Source: Staphylococcus phage LY01. Taken from it: DNA of 64,000 bases. The DNA is taken from sequence record OR836606.1; one strand, written 5' to 3'. Below are positions 9,825 to 20,795 of this stretch, in pieces (position 1 is the first letter of the stretch; each line of letters begins with the position of its first letter). Both the position numbers and the translations under genes were made by a program. Below the pieces are notes generated by a model that had not been told where the DNA came from, did not search any database, and was given only the letters and a program-made list of their open reading frames with translations.

Positions 9825-10937
9825 CTAACCGCTTGGCTGTACTCTACTCATATAGTAATTTTCTTCATTATAATATATACCATTTTGTATATACATTATA
9901 TTTTCACCATACTTATCGATAGTCGTTGAACTAATTAAATTATTGTCTAATATTTCATTCATTAATTTTCTTAATGTATCTAAATATATAGTTCCTTTTA
10001 TTCTTATCATATTATAATTTTTATTTTTTATAATTAAATTTTTAGTATCATCTATTAATACACATCTATTATAATGATCCCAACCTTTTTTAACTTTACT
10101 GTTTTTCCCACCCCAAGGTCGAAAATGTTGATTTCCATCAACTTCAATTATTAAATTTAATTCAGGGATATAAAAATCATATTTATAATACTTAGATTTA
10201 GATACATTTAGATTATTGTTTATTTTAAAATCATATTCATATTTTAGATTATTTGTTTTTAATATTTTAATAATTTCTCTTTCTGCTTTAGAAAAACTTC
10301 TTTCTTTATAACAAAAAGGACATCTTATTCCACCATTAACAAAATTTTTCCTCGTTGTTGTACTATATACTTTTCCACATTTTTTATGTTTTAAAGTTAT
10401 AGGAATTGTCTCTTTTACATATTCACCAAACATCTCATATTCACCATTAGAAACTTTTTCAATATCTTTTTTACAAGATTCCGTTGTCACTTCATAACCT
10501 GAGCATCGTTTACATATTGTTTTTACTCCATCTTTTCTTTTTCTTTTTAAAAGAGTTGTAGGAGATATATTTACAATATGTCCACATTTATGTTTAAATT
10601 TCATAGACTTACTGAATCCTTTATAATCTTCTTTATTAAATGTATATTCTCCTGGTAAAAATTTATTTAGTTTGTATTCAAGATTTTCTGGTGTTTGATT
10701 TTTAGTATAGAAACAATTGGGACAATAACCATGTTCATTATCTCTTTTAAATGTATGAGGTTTGGTTTTAAATTCTAAACCACAATCTAAATGTTTAATT
10801 AATGTAGATGTATCTCCGTTAATGTATTCTCCAAGAAGTACATAATTTTTATTATTTAAAATATTTTCAAAAATTCTTTTATTTTCTTCTCTTTTCATTT
10901 TAATCATTCCTTTCAAAAAGAAATGAATATTAGACAA
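9825..10937 (-). CDS. multi-zinc-finger protein with a C-terminal Vsr/DUF559-like (PD-(D/E)xK) endonuclease domain; possible homing-type nuclease
   Basis: repeated CxxC pairs (CPNCFY, CKRCSGY, CPFCYKE) and C-terminal DFYIPELNLIIEVDGNQHF resembling the (I/F)VDGxxH nuclease motif. Confidence 0.45.
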   Translation of the reverse strand: MSNIHFFLKGMIKMKREENKRIFENILNNKNYVLLGEYINGDTSTLIKHLDCGLEFKTKPHTFKRDNEHGYCPNCFYTKNQTPENLEYKLNKFLPGEYTFNKEDYKGFSKSMKFKHKCGHIVNISPTTLLKRKRKDGVKTICKRCSGYEVTTESCKKDIEKVSNGEYEMFGEYVKETIPITLKHKKCGKVYSTTTRKNFVNGGIRCPFCYKERSFSKAEREIIKILKTNNLKYEYDFKINNNLNVSKSKYYKYDFYIPELNLIIEVDGNQHFRPWGGKNSKVKKGWDHYNRCVLIDDTKNLIIKNKNYNMIRIKGTIYLDTLRKLMNEILDNNLISSTTIDKYGENIMYIQNGIYYNEENYYMSRVQPSG

Positions 10938-11075
10938 TTTTAATTAGCTGCTGATTAACCATTGCAAAAATACTTAGGTTTTTCAACCATATATTATCTC
11001 ATTTATTATCTTCAACTTTTCAGTAACCATAGAGGTTAAATGAGCTTTAGGCAGTCCCAGCAATTAATAGTTTTT
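10938..11075 (+). repeat. degenerate copy of the intervening element (E6)
   Basis: retains GCTGCTGATTAACC ... CCCAGCAATTAATAG (H3 arms) with about 100 nt inserted between them; the other boxes are degenerate. Confidence 0.35.
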
Positions 11076-11102
11076 TAATAGCATGTTACCATACTATGAG
11101 AC

Positions 11103-12221
11103 CTAGTTTGATCTCGTTGTGATTTTCGATCCATGAACTAAAGGTTTCTTTTCTAAAACTTTAACTCTGAAAATAATCTTATCAAATTGATTGTTATCGT
11201 AAACTAATTTAGCGTTATCATCAATATATCCTTTGAATTTATTATGGATTCTAATTAAGTCATTACTAAATTTCTTTTTACGTACAATATCATCTGTAAC
11301 AGTTACAAATGTTTTATAGAAGTGTCTCAATTCTTTAATATATTTAACAAATTGCTCTGAATATTTTTGATTTTCTAATTTTTCAATATCTTCATTATTA
11401 AGAACATCAATATCAATAACTTTACCGTGAACTTTATAAGCATTATCGTCTTCTAATGTTTTAGTAAGCATTTCATTTTTGAATTTATGAATAATCTCAT
11501 CATAATTCAATCTACGAGTTGCACACAATATTCCATTTTGAACTTCTTCTCCTACATCTGGAAATGATTTATATTCTTCTTCATTACCATATAAATTTAA
11601 TGGAATATCGTTTGTATTAATAGTAATATTGATTACATTCACAAAATAACTTGACATTTTCTCTGCCAATGATTCTGATACTACAATTCCGTCTTCATTC
11701 GTCATACCTTTGAACGGTAAGAATACGGAAGTTGCATTAGCTCCATATTGAAAGTTATTATCTTCATCATAGTTCTGGTCTTTAAATAATACAGTTTCTT
11801 TACTAACCGTATCTCCAACTTTCAATTTATCAATTTCTTCATTATTATATTTATTTCCAAACTTCTCTGCTAAATGGTTAGCTTCTTCTCTAATAATTAC
11901 ATCATATTCATCATTATCTTTGTACTTAATTAAATAATATTTAACATACTTATTTTTTTCAAACTTATAAATAACTTCAAAATCTCTATCAGCTTTCTTA
12001 TATCCAGTTGAATATTTACCCACTTGATTTTCAAAACCAGTCTGAATTAAAGGCGGTTCAGCACCAGTTAATTGAATACATTGACCGATATGAGACGTGA
12101 ACATTTGAGATCTGTTACCATTAGTTCTATTAACATTAGGCATTAATAGAGGTTCTGATAAAAACTCATGACTTCGATTAGCTTCAATTTCTACCATTCT
12201 TTGTGTCTTCTCTTTTGTCAT
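11103..12221 (-). CDS. hypothetical protein (372 aa)
   Basis: long ORF; no recognisable motif. Confidence 0.55.
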   Translation of the reverse strand: MTKEKTQRMVEIEANRSHEFLSEPLLMPNVNRTNGNRSQMFTSHIGQCIQLTGAEPPLIQTGFENQVGKYSTGYKKADRDFEVIYKFEKNKYVKYYLIKYKDNDEYDVIIREEANHLAEKFGNKYNNEEIDKLKVGDTVSKETVLFKDQNYDEDNNFQYGANATSVFLPFKGMTNEDGIVVSESLAEKMSSYFVNVINITINTNDIPLNLYGNEEEYKSFPDVGEEVQNGILCATRRLNYDEIIHKFKNEMLTKTLEDDNAYKVHGKVIDIDVLNNEDIEKLENQKYSEQFVKYIKELRHFYKTFVTVTDDIVRKKKFSNDLIRIHNKFKGYIDDNAKLVYDNNQFDKIIFRVKVLEKKPLVHGSKITTRSN

Positions 12222-12375
12222 ATCTTAATACACACTCCTATAATAATGAATATATTTGTGGAATAATATGCTCTTACTATTCCACATTTTTATAATATAT
12301 ATCTTAACCAAAATTTGAATTAAGGGATTCCAATGAAGTATATTATCTTCATTGGAAATATCCCTCTTTTAAAAA

Positions 12376-13677
12376 TTAATCTTTATCTACTTCTATAGCA
12401 TTCTTATCAGAATCATAATAATTGCCATCTGAACCTAGCCAAATATCTTCTTCTTTATTAACTAGTTCAACTAATTCTAATTCTTCATTATCTAAACTAG
12501 ATTCATGTTCAATATTAGCTAAGAATTTTTCTTTATAGATACCTTTAATATAATTATCAAAGTATTCTTTAAAATCTTTATTTTCATTATATTTGTCTAA
12601 GAAAGTTTTAAGAGTGAAACTAACATCTTCATAGCCATCAATACGATAAGCTCTTGGGTTACCTTTAAGCATTTTTTCACTTTGTAAAAATAATAGATTT
12701 GATAAAGCATTATTAAAACCATTCTTTTGTTCAAAGATTAAATCAAATTTAGCACCAGCTGCATTTGAACGTGATTTAATAACTTCAACTGTATTGATAA
12801 AACCTTTAACTCCGTATTTAGCTTGATTAGAATTACCTTCTGGATCTAAAGCTTGTGATGGACTAATCTTAAACATATTATTTGCCATATAGTTGATTGC
12901 TTTACCACCTGGTAATGCTTCACCTTGTTTAAGATAATTTAATTCTTTAGGTGTAGCTGCATAAGGATTAATATCAATTTTAGTTGTAATGTGATTAATT
13001 AGAATAAGCATAATATTAGCTGAATTCAATGTAGATGAACCGATAATACGTTTAATGAATGTTGTATTATCTTTAGCTTGTTTGGTCGCATTCATTTGAC
13101 CACCCTCACCATCTTTATCATCAATCTCTTTAGAAGCCATTGTGGCAACAGAGTCAATAATAACTACTGTTGGAGCCATGAATGAAACTTTCTCTCCAGT
13201 TTCCGGATCAATTTTATCTGTATGGATAGTGAATTCTTCTTCATTTTCCAGTTTAGTATCACGTATACCACGAATTAACTGATCCACTGAATCTAAACTA
13301 ATCTTTTTATTTAATTTAATGTATTTTTCTTGTTTCATTTCCTTAGACCAACCTGTTACTTGATAAATACGTTCATCAGTAGTCGCATCTTCAAAGTCAT
13401 AATGAATAACACTTGAATTTTCATATTTTTCAACAATTCTTGCTGCCGCTTGAATGGCAAGCGTTGTTTTACCTGAACCTGATCCACCAATAAAGGTAGT
13501 TACTTTACCGCCCATTAATCCAATACGTTCATCGTCTGTAACAGTGTTCAAGAAACCATTTCTATAATCTAATAAATTAATCCCTGATTCATACATAGGC
13601 GTATAATTATCTTCTTTCCCATATACTGATGGATTTGATTTAATCAAATCATTAATTTTGCTCGTTAATTTTGACAT
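12376..13677 (-). CDS. RecA-superfamily ATPase (RecA/UvsX-like recombinase)
   Basis: Walker A GGSGSGKTT at about residue 65, in the same position and context as RecA (LDxxLG..GGxPxGRxxEIxGPESSGKTT); 433 aa. Confidence 0.6.
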   Translation of the reverse strand: MSKLTSKINDLIKSNPSVYGKEDNYTPMYESGINLLDYRNGFLNTVTDDERIGLMGGKVTTFIGGSGSGKTTLAIQAAARIVEKYENSSVIHYDFEDATTDERIYQVTGWSKEMKQEKYIKLNKKISLDSVDQLIRGIRDTKLENEEEFTIHTDKIDPETGEKVSFMAPTVVIIDSVATMASKEIDDKDGEGGQMNATKQAKDNTTFIKRIIGSSTLNSANIMLILINHITTKIDINPYAATPKELNYLKQGEALPGGKAINYMANNMFKISPSQALDPEGNSNQAKYGVKGFINTVEVIKSRSNAAGAKFDLIFEQKNGFNNALSNLLFLQSEKMLKGNPRAYRIDGYEDVSFTLKTFLDKYNENKDFKEYFDNYIKGIYKEKFLANIEHESSLDNEELELVELVNKEEDIWLGSDGNYYDSDKNAIEVDKD

Positions 13678-13873
13678 TTAACATTCACACTCCAAAAAAT
13701 ATTTAATACTATAACGTTATTTATTATACCAAATTTTTTATAAAAAAGCTAGAAATTTTCCTTAGAAATTAAAAGTTTTTTCTAAGTACATAAAGTCAAT
13801 ATTCACTTATAAAATAAAGAAATTAAATTTAAATAAAAAGATGCAGTAAGTGATATCATTAATATAGTCATAA

Positions 13874-14197
13874 TCATCTTCTCCGATCTTTAATCAATTT
13901 AAAATTATTATCTCTACTTTCATGTACAATATTTCCATTCCAATCAACTTTATCAATTTCATATCCATAATCTTTAAATCTCTTATCATTTTTAAATCTT
14001 TTAATTTGATAATTTAAATAACTTTTAGAATCAGCTTTAATGTAAATCAATTTAGCATTTTTGTTTGCCATAGTATATCTAGGTAGATTTTCTGTTGTAT
14101 TGATATTTTTATCTTTATTTTCTTTATTTAATTTACGAATATAAAATGGTAGCACTGTTAGTAGTGCTACCATTAATGTTATAGTTATTAAAAACAT
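13874..14197 (-). CDS. small membrane protein (107 aa)
   Basis: N-terminal hydrophobic segment MFLITITLMVALLTVLPFYI. Confidence 0.45.
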   Translation of the reverse strand: MFLITITLMVALLTVLPFYIRKLNKENKDKNINTTENLPRYTMANKNAKLIYIKADSKSYLNYQIKRFKNDKRFKDYGYEIDKVDWNGNIVHESRDNNFKLIKDRRR

Positions 14198-14276
14198 TTA
14201 AATTTCCTCCATATTAATAATAAATTTTACTCTGTTCTTTATCAATTTTCTTATTTAAAAGTACTTTAAATATTTA

Positions 14277-14666
14277 TTAAATTTTCAAATCATATAATTT
14301 TTCTATTATATTTTTATTATTTCTTAATAATTCTTTTTCTTCATTACTTAATTCAAGATAATTATCCTTAAAAATTTCTTTAATATTATCAATACAAATA
14401 TCAATATTTTTGTTAATTTTTATTTTCTTTAAATTAGTTGAATATAAATAAATACCTCTATCAATATTTACAACTCTTTCATTTTCTTTAAGAAGATCTC
14501 TCATTGCTGAACTAATTATAGTATGCTTAAATTCTAATCCATATTTTTCTTTAATTTTATATTTTATTAAAATTAAAGGAATTTCTTTATTTTTATTGTC
14601 TTTTAATATTTCTAATGCCAAATCTTTAAATTCGTTAGTTGGAAATTTTTTATCTATATTTAACAT
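14277..14666 (-). CDS. hypothetical protein (129 aa)
   Basis: ORF track. Confidence 0.45.
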   Translation of the reverse strand: MLNIDKKFPTNEFKDLALEILKDNKNKEIPLILIKYKIKEKYGLEFKHTIISSAMRDLLKENERVVNIDRGIYLYSTNLKKIKINKNIDICIDNIKEIFKDNYLELSNEEKELLRNNKNIIEKLYDLKI

Positions 14667-14884
14667 GAATGATCATTCCTTTTATTATTTTATTCTTCTA
14701 AATCAGCTACTCTTTCTTCTAATTATTCATACTCAATATCAGAAACATCTCTTTTTACATGTTCCCAATAATATTACAGTACTTAACAATAATCTTTTCA
14801 TTTTAAACCCCCCTTATAATAAGAGTAATGACATATAATTTGTCATTGCCTCATCTTTATTTAACTTATATATTTTTTAACCTT

Positions 14885-15274
14885 TTATAGATTATAAAAT
14901 GCTAGTAAAACATCTATCGTTGCTAAAAATAAACTTAACATGTAAATTACATTGTAAAATTTATTACTCTTACTAAAATACTGATTATCTCTCATCAATT
15001 TAAATAGAAAGAATACAAATGTTCCTCCAAATATAATTATCGATAATAATGATACTTGAGCCGATATAATATTTTTAGATAATAATATTAATGATGATAG
15101 AAATAGAATAAAATTAATAGCCATTAAGAATTTCATTCTATTTCTTATTTCTTTTTCAATTGGAATCCAAAAACTATTTTTAAATTTACCCATTCTTCCT
15201 AAGTTACTAAAAATAAAAACTAATACTAATAGTAAATCTACCATTAATATAATTAAAACCATTAAACTTTCCAT
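14885..15274 (-). CDS. integral membrane protein (129 aa, about 4 TM segments)
   Basis: strongly hydrophobic throughout. Confidence 0.5.
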   Translation of the reverse strand: MESLMVLIILMVDLLLVLVFIFSNLGRMGKFKNSFWIPIEKEIRNRMKFLMAINFILFLSSLILLSKNIISAQVSLLSIIIFGGTFVFFLFKLMRDNQYFSKSNKFYNVIYMLSLFLATIDVLLAFYNL

Positions 15275-15293
15275 ATCTTCTTCACGCTCCTAA

Positions 15294-15971
15294 TTAAAAT
15301 ACTTCAAGATCATAATCTTTTATTAAAAAATTAGATTCAATGCTGTGGATTGAATAAGTTGTTGGTAAAAATTTTTCTTCAACATTACCTCTTAAAAACC
15401 ATATAGCTCGATAGAATATTGAAGAGAAGTATCTTATATTATCGTCATTACCTAGAATTTTATCTTTTTCAATCTTCATTTCTTTCACATCAAAATAAGC
15501 ATTTATTATATCATCTTTAGTGAATTCAGGAATAAACTTACAAATTGTTAAATATAATATAGCTGAAACTTCAACAGTGTATCTTTCTCTATTTTTGCTA
15601 GTTATTTTTTTATTTCTTATTTCATCTAATCTATCCATTAATTCTTGTTCGTAAGTTTTTGTATCCGTAATCTGTATATTTCCATGCTGTCTTCTATTTA
15701 TTGCTTCTTCATCCAATTCTTTATAATGACTATGACTTGCAGGAGCTATTGAACCAAGATTATATATGCCATTATAAACATCACTCAATCTTTCCTTCAT
15801 TGCACTCTTTTCATTAAAATTCAATTCATTATAAAGTTTATCAAATTTCTCTTTGACTTCATTAACATCCTTATTAACAAATCCTACGTGACCATAATGG
15901 TTAACATCCATAGATTGTTGACTGTAAATTTTATCTAGAACATCATCAAGTTTATCTAAATCTTTACTCAA
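15294..15971 (-). CDS. hypothetical protein (225 aa)
   Basis: ORF track. Confidence 0.5.
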   Translation of the reverse strand: MSKDLDKLDDVLDKIYSQQSMDVNHYGHVGFVNKDVNEVKEKFDKLYNELNFNEKSAMKERLSDVYNGIYNLGSIAPASHSHYKELDEEAINRRQHGNIQITDTKTYEQELMDRLDEIRNKKITSKNRERYTVEVSAILYLTICKFIPEFTKDDIINAYFDVKEMKIEKDKILGNDDNIRYFSSIFYRAIWFLRGNVEEKFLPTTYSIHSIESNFLIKDYDLEVF

Positions 15972-15978
15972 AGAACTT

Positions 15979-17142
15979 TCACTCCTTTCTTCCTATTTCA
16001 GAATAATTTTTATATTCTTCAATATACTCCATTCTTTTTTCTTCCGCTAATTTATTACGAATACTTTTCATAAATTTCTTTTTATCTCTATAATTCATCA
16101 TATAATTAGTTTCTATTAAATTCGACCAATGATTCTTATCTATATTTCTTTCCACTTTATTTCCTTCAAGGTAAATAAAATCATCATTTTCCCTTTTAAC
16201 ATCATTGTTTAAATAATTTAATAATCCTTCAGTATTAAAAGGTACTTTTTCAACTCTTGTGTCTTCAAAATGTAATCCTATACGCTTATCTTCTATAGGT
16301 CCCGAATTGTAAGATTTAAAGTCAAATATTATTTTTTTATTTCTACCATATGAATTTGAATTTAATATTTGTAATTCTCCGTCATCTAATATATAGAAAT
16401 CTAATGGATGATATAAAAACCTTCTTCCGTCAAAATATTGTAAAGCATCCAACTCTTCACCAAGTTCCATATCTTTAATATAAACGTTTTCTTTTTCATC
16501 TATAATAGTTATATAATAATCACCATGTAAATTAATTAATCCAATTAATATTTTAGTTCCCAAAAATGAATATTTATAAAATACATTTAAATCATCTTTT
16601 GTATACTTGAAACCATCTCTCTCTAATCTTTTTAAATCCTCTATGTTAGTTTCAAGTAAATCTTTAAAATCTTCTATGATTCCATTCTCTTTGTTAATTT
16701 TAAATTTATCATCTTTTTTGTACACTAAAGAGAATGACAATAAATCTAAGGTTTTATCATAAGACTTTTCTCTAGTAAATAAATCCACAGCATATTTATC
16801 TTTAATATCATTTCTTTTATCTAAAACAGCTGAATAAACATCTGTAACAATCTCTTTATAGAATTCCATTTCAGGATGACTTAATAAATAATGTAAAGCA
16901 TAGTATCTCTCTTTACCATCAAAAGTATTTTCTAATTTATAAGAATCATTTAATTTTTCCATTATTTTAGTTTCATTGATTTCAATTAATTCTTCTGTAT
17001 CTTTAAGTTTTAATTCATTTTGTGAAACTCTTTTTTTCTTTGTAATTAACTTATTTCCATTATAAATCGCCATTGCAGAACCTCCTACAATGGCGATACC
17101 AGAAAATGAATAAAGTAAAATATCTAACATGTAATAATACAC
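15979..17142 (-). CDS. membrane-anchored hypothetical protein (387 aa)
   Basis: N-terminal TM segment LLYSFSGIAIVGGSAMAIY. Confidence 0.5.
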   Translation of the reverse strand: MYYYMLDILLYSFSGIAIVGGSAMAIYNGNKLITKKKRVSQNELKLKDTEELIEINETKIMEKLNDSYKLENTFDGKERYYALHYLLSHPEMEFYKEIVTDVYSAVLDKRNDIKDKYAVDLFTREKSYDKTLDLLSFSLVYKKDDKFKINKENGIIEDFKDLLETNIEDLKRLERDGFKYTKDDLNVFYKYSFLGTKILIGLINLHGDYYITIIDEKENVYIKDMELGEELDALQYFDGRRFLYHPLDFYILDDGELQILNSNSYGRNKKIIFDFKSYNSGPIEDKRIGLHFEDTRVEKVPFNTEGLLNYLNNDVKRENDDFIYLEGNKVERNIDKNHWSNLIETNYMMNYRDKKKFMKSIRNKLAEEKRMEYIEEYKNYSEIGRKE

Positions 17143-17146
17143 CTTC

Positions 17147-18247
17147 TTACATTTCTATTTTCTTATTTTCTAATTCTTTTTTATCTTCCTTAATTTCTTT
17201 AAGTTCTTCATAACCACGTAATCTTTCGTTATAAGCTTCTTCAGACATACGTTTTAAATCTTCTGTCATCTCAATCATATTATTTTGAGTTTGTTTAAGA
17301 ACATCAATGTCAATAAATGATTTATTAGATTCATTATACATTTGAACTGCATTATCTTTAAGGATATTGGAGTTACTTAATAAAATATCAGAAGTCGCTT
17401 CTCTAATAGCTTTGTTAGTTTTAATTGATTGTTGTTGCTGAATCAATACTACTGCTTTAGTTAATTGAGATTTCCAGATAGGGATACTATTTACTAAAGA
17501 ATTATTAATATTCTCTTTAAGACTATAATTAATATTCTTAATCATTTCTAATTCAAATACATTTTGCTCAGCTAAAGCTAATGAAGTACTTAAGTCATAA
17601 ATACGTTTATCAAGATTATCTAAACCTTGTTCTTTATCAGATACTAATTGAATTTGATTTTGTCTTTTATCATTTTCTTCAATATTTTCAACTTCATCAA
17701 TATCTTTTTGAATTTCATCTTTCAATTCTAGTTTTTTATATTTAGCGGCTTCAATATATTCACTCAAGCTCTCATAGTAATCTTTATTGGATTGAATTAA
17801 ATTATCTAAATTTTTATTTGCAGTATCAACTGAAGAACTGCTTTCTTTTAATTGTCTTTCAATGAAAGTCATATTATTTGAAGCTGAATCAACTTTAGAT
17901 AATTCTTTACCGATTAAATTTTCTTTACCTTTATTAAACATAGATTTAATTTTATCCATGAAACCTTTTTCTTCTTGTTTCATATTTTCATCAATCTTTT
18001 GTGGGTCATATGAGTTAAATACTTCTAACATATCATCTAGTACTTTATTAATCTTTTCATTAGAATCGTTCTCTTTAATATTCTTTAATACTTTATCTGA
18101 TTCTTTAGATAATTTATCTTGTACTTCATGTCCATACTCAATAATAGTTTTCTTATCAAGTATATTAATTTCATCAACCTTTTTAAAAACCTCCGGTGAA
18201 ATGTTCTCTCTGCTCATTAATTCATTTTTATTATTTTCCATATCCAA
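17147..18247 (-). CDS. coiled-coil protein, possibly TelA/KlaA-like
   Basis: 366 aa, coiled-coil-rich; resemblance to TelA is weak and cannot be verified without a search. Confidence 0.4.
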   Translation of the reverse strand: MDMENNKNELMSRENISPEVFKKVDEINILDKKTIIEYGHEVQDKLSKESDKVLKNIKENDSNEKINKVLDDMLEVFNSYDPQKIDENMKQEEKGFMDKIKSMFNKGKENLIGKELSKVDSASNNMTFIERQLKESSSSVDTANKNLDNLIQSNKDYYESLSEYIEAAKYKKLELKDEIQKDIDEVENIEENDKRQNQIQLVSDKEQGLDNLDKRIYDLSTSLALAEQNVFELEMIKNINYSLKENINNSLVNSIPIWKSQLTKAVVLIQQQQSIKTNKAIREATSDILLSNSNILKDNAVQMYNESNKSFIDIDVLKQTQNNMIEMTEDLKRMSEEAYNERLRGYEELKEIKEDKKELENKKIEM

Positions 18248-18325
18248 TTCATCTCCTATTATTTAAATATATTAGAGGTAATGACATATAATATGCCATT
18301 ACCTCATTTTTATAATATATATTTA

Positions 18326-18634
18326 TTATTCTTCTTGCCCGTAATCAGGTCTATTGTCTTTAAGTAGATCGGATTCGATGCCAGCACCAAGTAAATAATA
18401 GAAAGTAGTATTTAATGTAGTTTTATCAGAAAGATCATCCGGCAAATCTTCTAAACGAGAATAACCATACATTGAAATATTTTTATTTAATTCTTGCTTA
18501 GCATTCATAGAGTCTGAACGTGGACCCATTAATTCCCTTAAAATATCTTGAGCTCCGATAGCTTTTAATGCTGAAGCTTCCATATTGGAAACGCTTGCAA
18601 CTTTATCAGAACCTGTCAATTGTGATGTCTTCAT
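18326..18634 (-). CDS. hypothetical protein (102 aa); possibly the downstream segment of a gene interrupted by repeat copies E7 and E8
   Basis: ATG has no SD (acaagatcaATG); the reading frame stays open upstream into copy E7 until the in-frame TAG of the GATATAGTCT box. Confidence 0.4.
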   Translation of the reverse strand: MKTSQLTGSDKVASVSNMEASALKAIGAQDILRELMGPRSDSMNAKQELNKNISMYGYSRLEDLPDDLSDKTTLNTTFYYLLGAGIESDLLKDNRPDYGQEE

Positions 18635-18685
18635 TGATCTTGTAGACGCATCTAAGCTATACGCATTTTTCTTTGAAAGTAATTG

Positions 18686-18810
18686 TTGTACATTTAATAA
18701 TATACAATTAGACTATATTTTCATCCTATAAAGGAGATTTCTATTTAGTCGTTGAACAGTTATTTTAATCTGATGCTGATTATCTTAATAAAGACTTTCC
18801 AGCAATTAAG
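18686..18810 (+). repeat. structured intervening repeat element, copy E7
   Basis: H0 (ttgta...tacaa) - TTAGACTATATT - H1 (TCCT/AGGA) - CTATTTAGTCGTTGAAC - H2 (CAG/CTG) - GATGCTGAT - TTCCAGCAATTAAG. Confidence 0.75.
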
Positions 18811-18874
18811 AAAGATTTTTCTTTCACATTTCTGTAAAAGGAGGCTACAACAATTAACCTCTTAACGTGTAAAT

Positions 18875-19000
18875 CATTTATGTTAATCTATATAAAATTC
18901 ATATAGATCAGACTATATCTTCTTATTCATATATTTAGTCGTTGAACATTAATTTTAATGATGCTGATTAAGATAATAATCTATTCCAGCAATTAATATG
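18875..19000 (+). repeat. structured intervening repeat element, copy E8
   Basis: ATTTATGTTAATCTATA - H0 (atctatat/atatagat) - CAGACTATATC - ATATATTTAGTCGTTGAAC - H2 (CATTAA/TTAATG) - GATGCTGAT - TTCCAGCAATTAATATG; ends 18 nt after the stop of ORF 19019..20680. Confidence 0.8.
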
Positions 19001-19018
19001 ATTTTAGTTGAACAAAAA

Positions 19019-20680
19019 TTATCCAACTGGAACTTTATATCTAGTTCTCAATGGATCTTCTTTATTTCCATCATGTCTATAATAAACGAATTCATTCATA
19101 GGCACATCAAGTTTGTTTAAAGCTTCTTCAACTTCTTTAAATCCGGCCTCAGATTTATTAGGTAATACTTCAATGTAGAAGTTTTCATCACTATTAACAA
19201 ATCGCTTAATATATCTCATGAATTCTTCATCGTTCATTTCATCAAAGAATACTTTATATTTATTCATATTAGATTGATCTTTATCTAATGAAGAAATAAC
19301 ATCTAATATTTTATTTTGAATTTCTTGACGTTTCTTTTTATTATCATCAACAGCTTCATTTAAAATTGATTCTGGCTCTAATACAGTTTCATTTAAAGTC
19401 TTCTCATTGAACTTCATAAAGAATCTTTCAATTATTTCCATATTACTTGAAATAGCTTTTTGGAAATTAAATTCAGCAGGTATTTCTTTAACTGAGAATT
19501 TAAATATACCTTTATCTTCTTCATTTTCTTGATCATATCCAAATTGATATGCACAATATTTATTAACATCATCCATACTTTTAAAAACTATAGGGCTATC
19601 TAATTTAAAATCAGCTAATACATATCCTTGACCGTTATAAGAAACAGGAAATAACATTATATCATCTTTATTAGGATTTACATAAGTTACTAATTCAATC
19701 GATCTAATACCTAATTTCTTTTCTAATATTTTAAAGTATAATAGAGATAAAACGTTTGGATTAATCCTACCGTGATCTTCCGACATTCTAAAATCATCAG
19801 ATAAAAATACAGATGGAGTCACTGTAGCATATACTTCTTTTCTATCTTCGGTGAATTTAGGTTTATTATCTTTATTTTTATTATATAAGAAATTAAATAC
19901 TTCAATTTCATTTTCTAATTGATATTCATATATAACATCTTCTAGTCTTTTCTCTAATTCATAATCTCCATAATCTTTATAAAGATTAGACTCATTATAA
20001 TACATTACTTCTAGATTATTAAATAAGGGTGAATTGAGCACATTATGTTCAGTGAATATTTTATTCCATATAATATCATTTTTACTATCTAAAAATAATG
20101 TGTTACCCATTGATTCTAGAACTTTAACTAAAGTTCTTAATTTAGCATCATTATAAAAATTATACTTATCTTTATTAGATGAAACGTATTCTTCTGAATC
20201 TAAATCAAAATCTTCTTTACCTTTTCTCTTAGTTGATTCTTTACTTAAGAATCTAACTTTAACAACTTCAGATAAATTATCAACATTATTTAATACAGTT
20301 TTAATACTTCCTGTATCGTTCATTACAATAGGGTTGCCACCTTTATCGTCTCCAGCGTAATCAATTAGTAAATCTTCTTCTCTTCCTTTTTGATTCTGTA
20401 ATACGATATACTTAATTTGAGTATTGTCTTTAGGATACTTAATTAAGTATATATCAAACCAACAGGATTTGCCTTTTTTATCATATTCTTGAGAATCATT
20501 ATAATCTAATAAGAAATCCATTTCGGATTCTGTAACTAATATTTCAGCTTCATTGATTAAATCAATAGGAGATTTAATTACCGAAATATTTTCAGAATTA
20601 CATTCCGGACAAGATGTAATATTTTCATTATATTCTTGTACTAAGCTACATGAATTACATCTAATATATTTCTTTTCCAA
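19019..20680 (-). CDS. hypothetical protein with N-terminal zinc ribbon (553 aa)
   Basis: CNSC...CPEC zinc ribbon at the N-terminus; function unknown. Confidence 0.55.
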   Translation of the reverse strand: MEKKYIRCNSCSLVQEYNENITSCPECNSENISVIKSPIDLINEAEILVTESEMDFLLDYNDSQEYDKKGKSCWFDIYLIKYPKDNTQIKYIVLQNQKGREEDLLIDYAGDDKGGNPIVMNDTGSIKTVLNNVDNLSEVVKVRFLSKESTKRKGKEDFDLDSEEYVSSNKDKYNFYNDAKLRTLVKVLESMGNTLFLDSKNDIIWNKIFTEHNVLNSPLFNNLEVMYYNESNLYKDYGDYELEKRLEDVIYEYQLENEIEVFNFLYNKNKDNKPKFTEDRKEVYATVTPSVFLSDDFRMSEDHGRINPNVLSLLYFKILEKKLGIRSIELVTYVNPNKDDIMLFPVSYNGQGYVLADFKLDSPIVFKSMDDVNKYCAYQFGYDQENEEDKGIFKFSVKEIPAEFNFQKAISSNMEIIERFFMKFNEKTLNETVLEPESILNEAVDDNKKKRQEIQNKILDVISSLDKDQSNMNKYKVFFDEMNDEEFMRYIKRFVNSDENFYIEVLPNKSEAGFKEVEEALNKLDVPMNEFVYYRHDGNKEDPLRTRYKVPVG

Positions 20681-20795
20681 TATATTTCACATCCAATTCT
20701 TTTTATTTAACAATATTTGGTTGTTTCAATAGAATTTACCAAAAAATTAATAATATGAGGGAGATGACAAACTAATGTCATCTCCCAATTAATTT

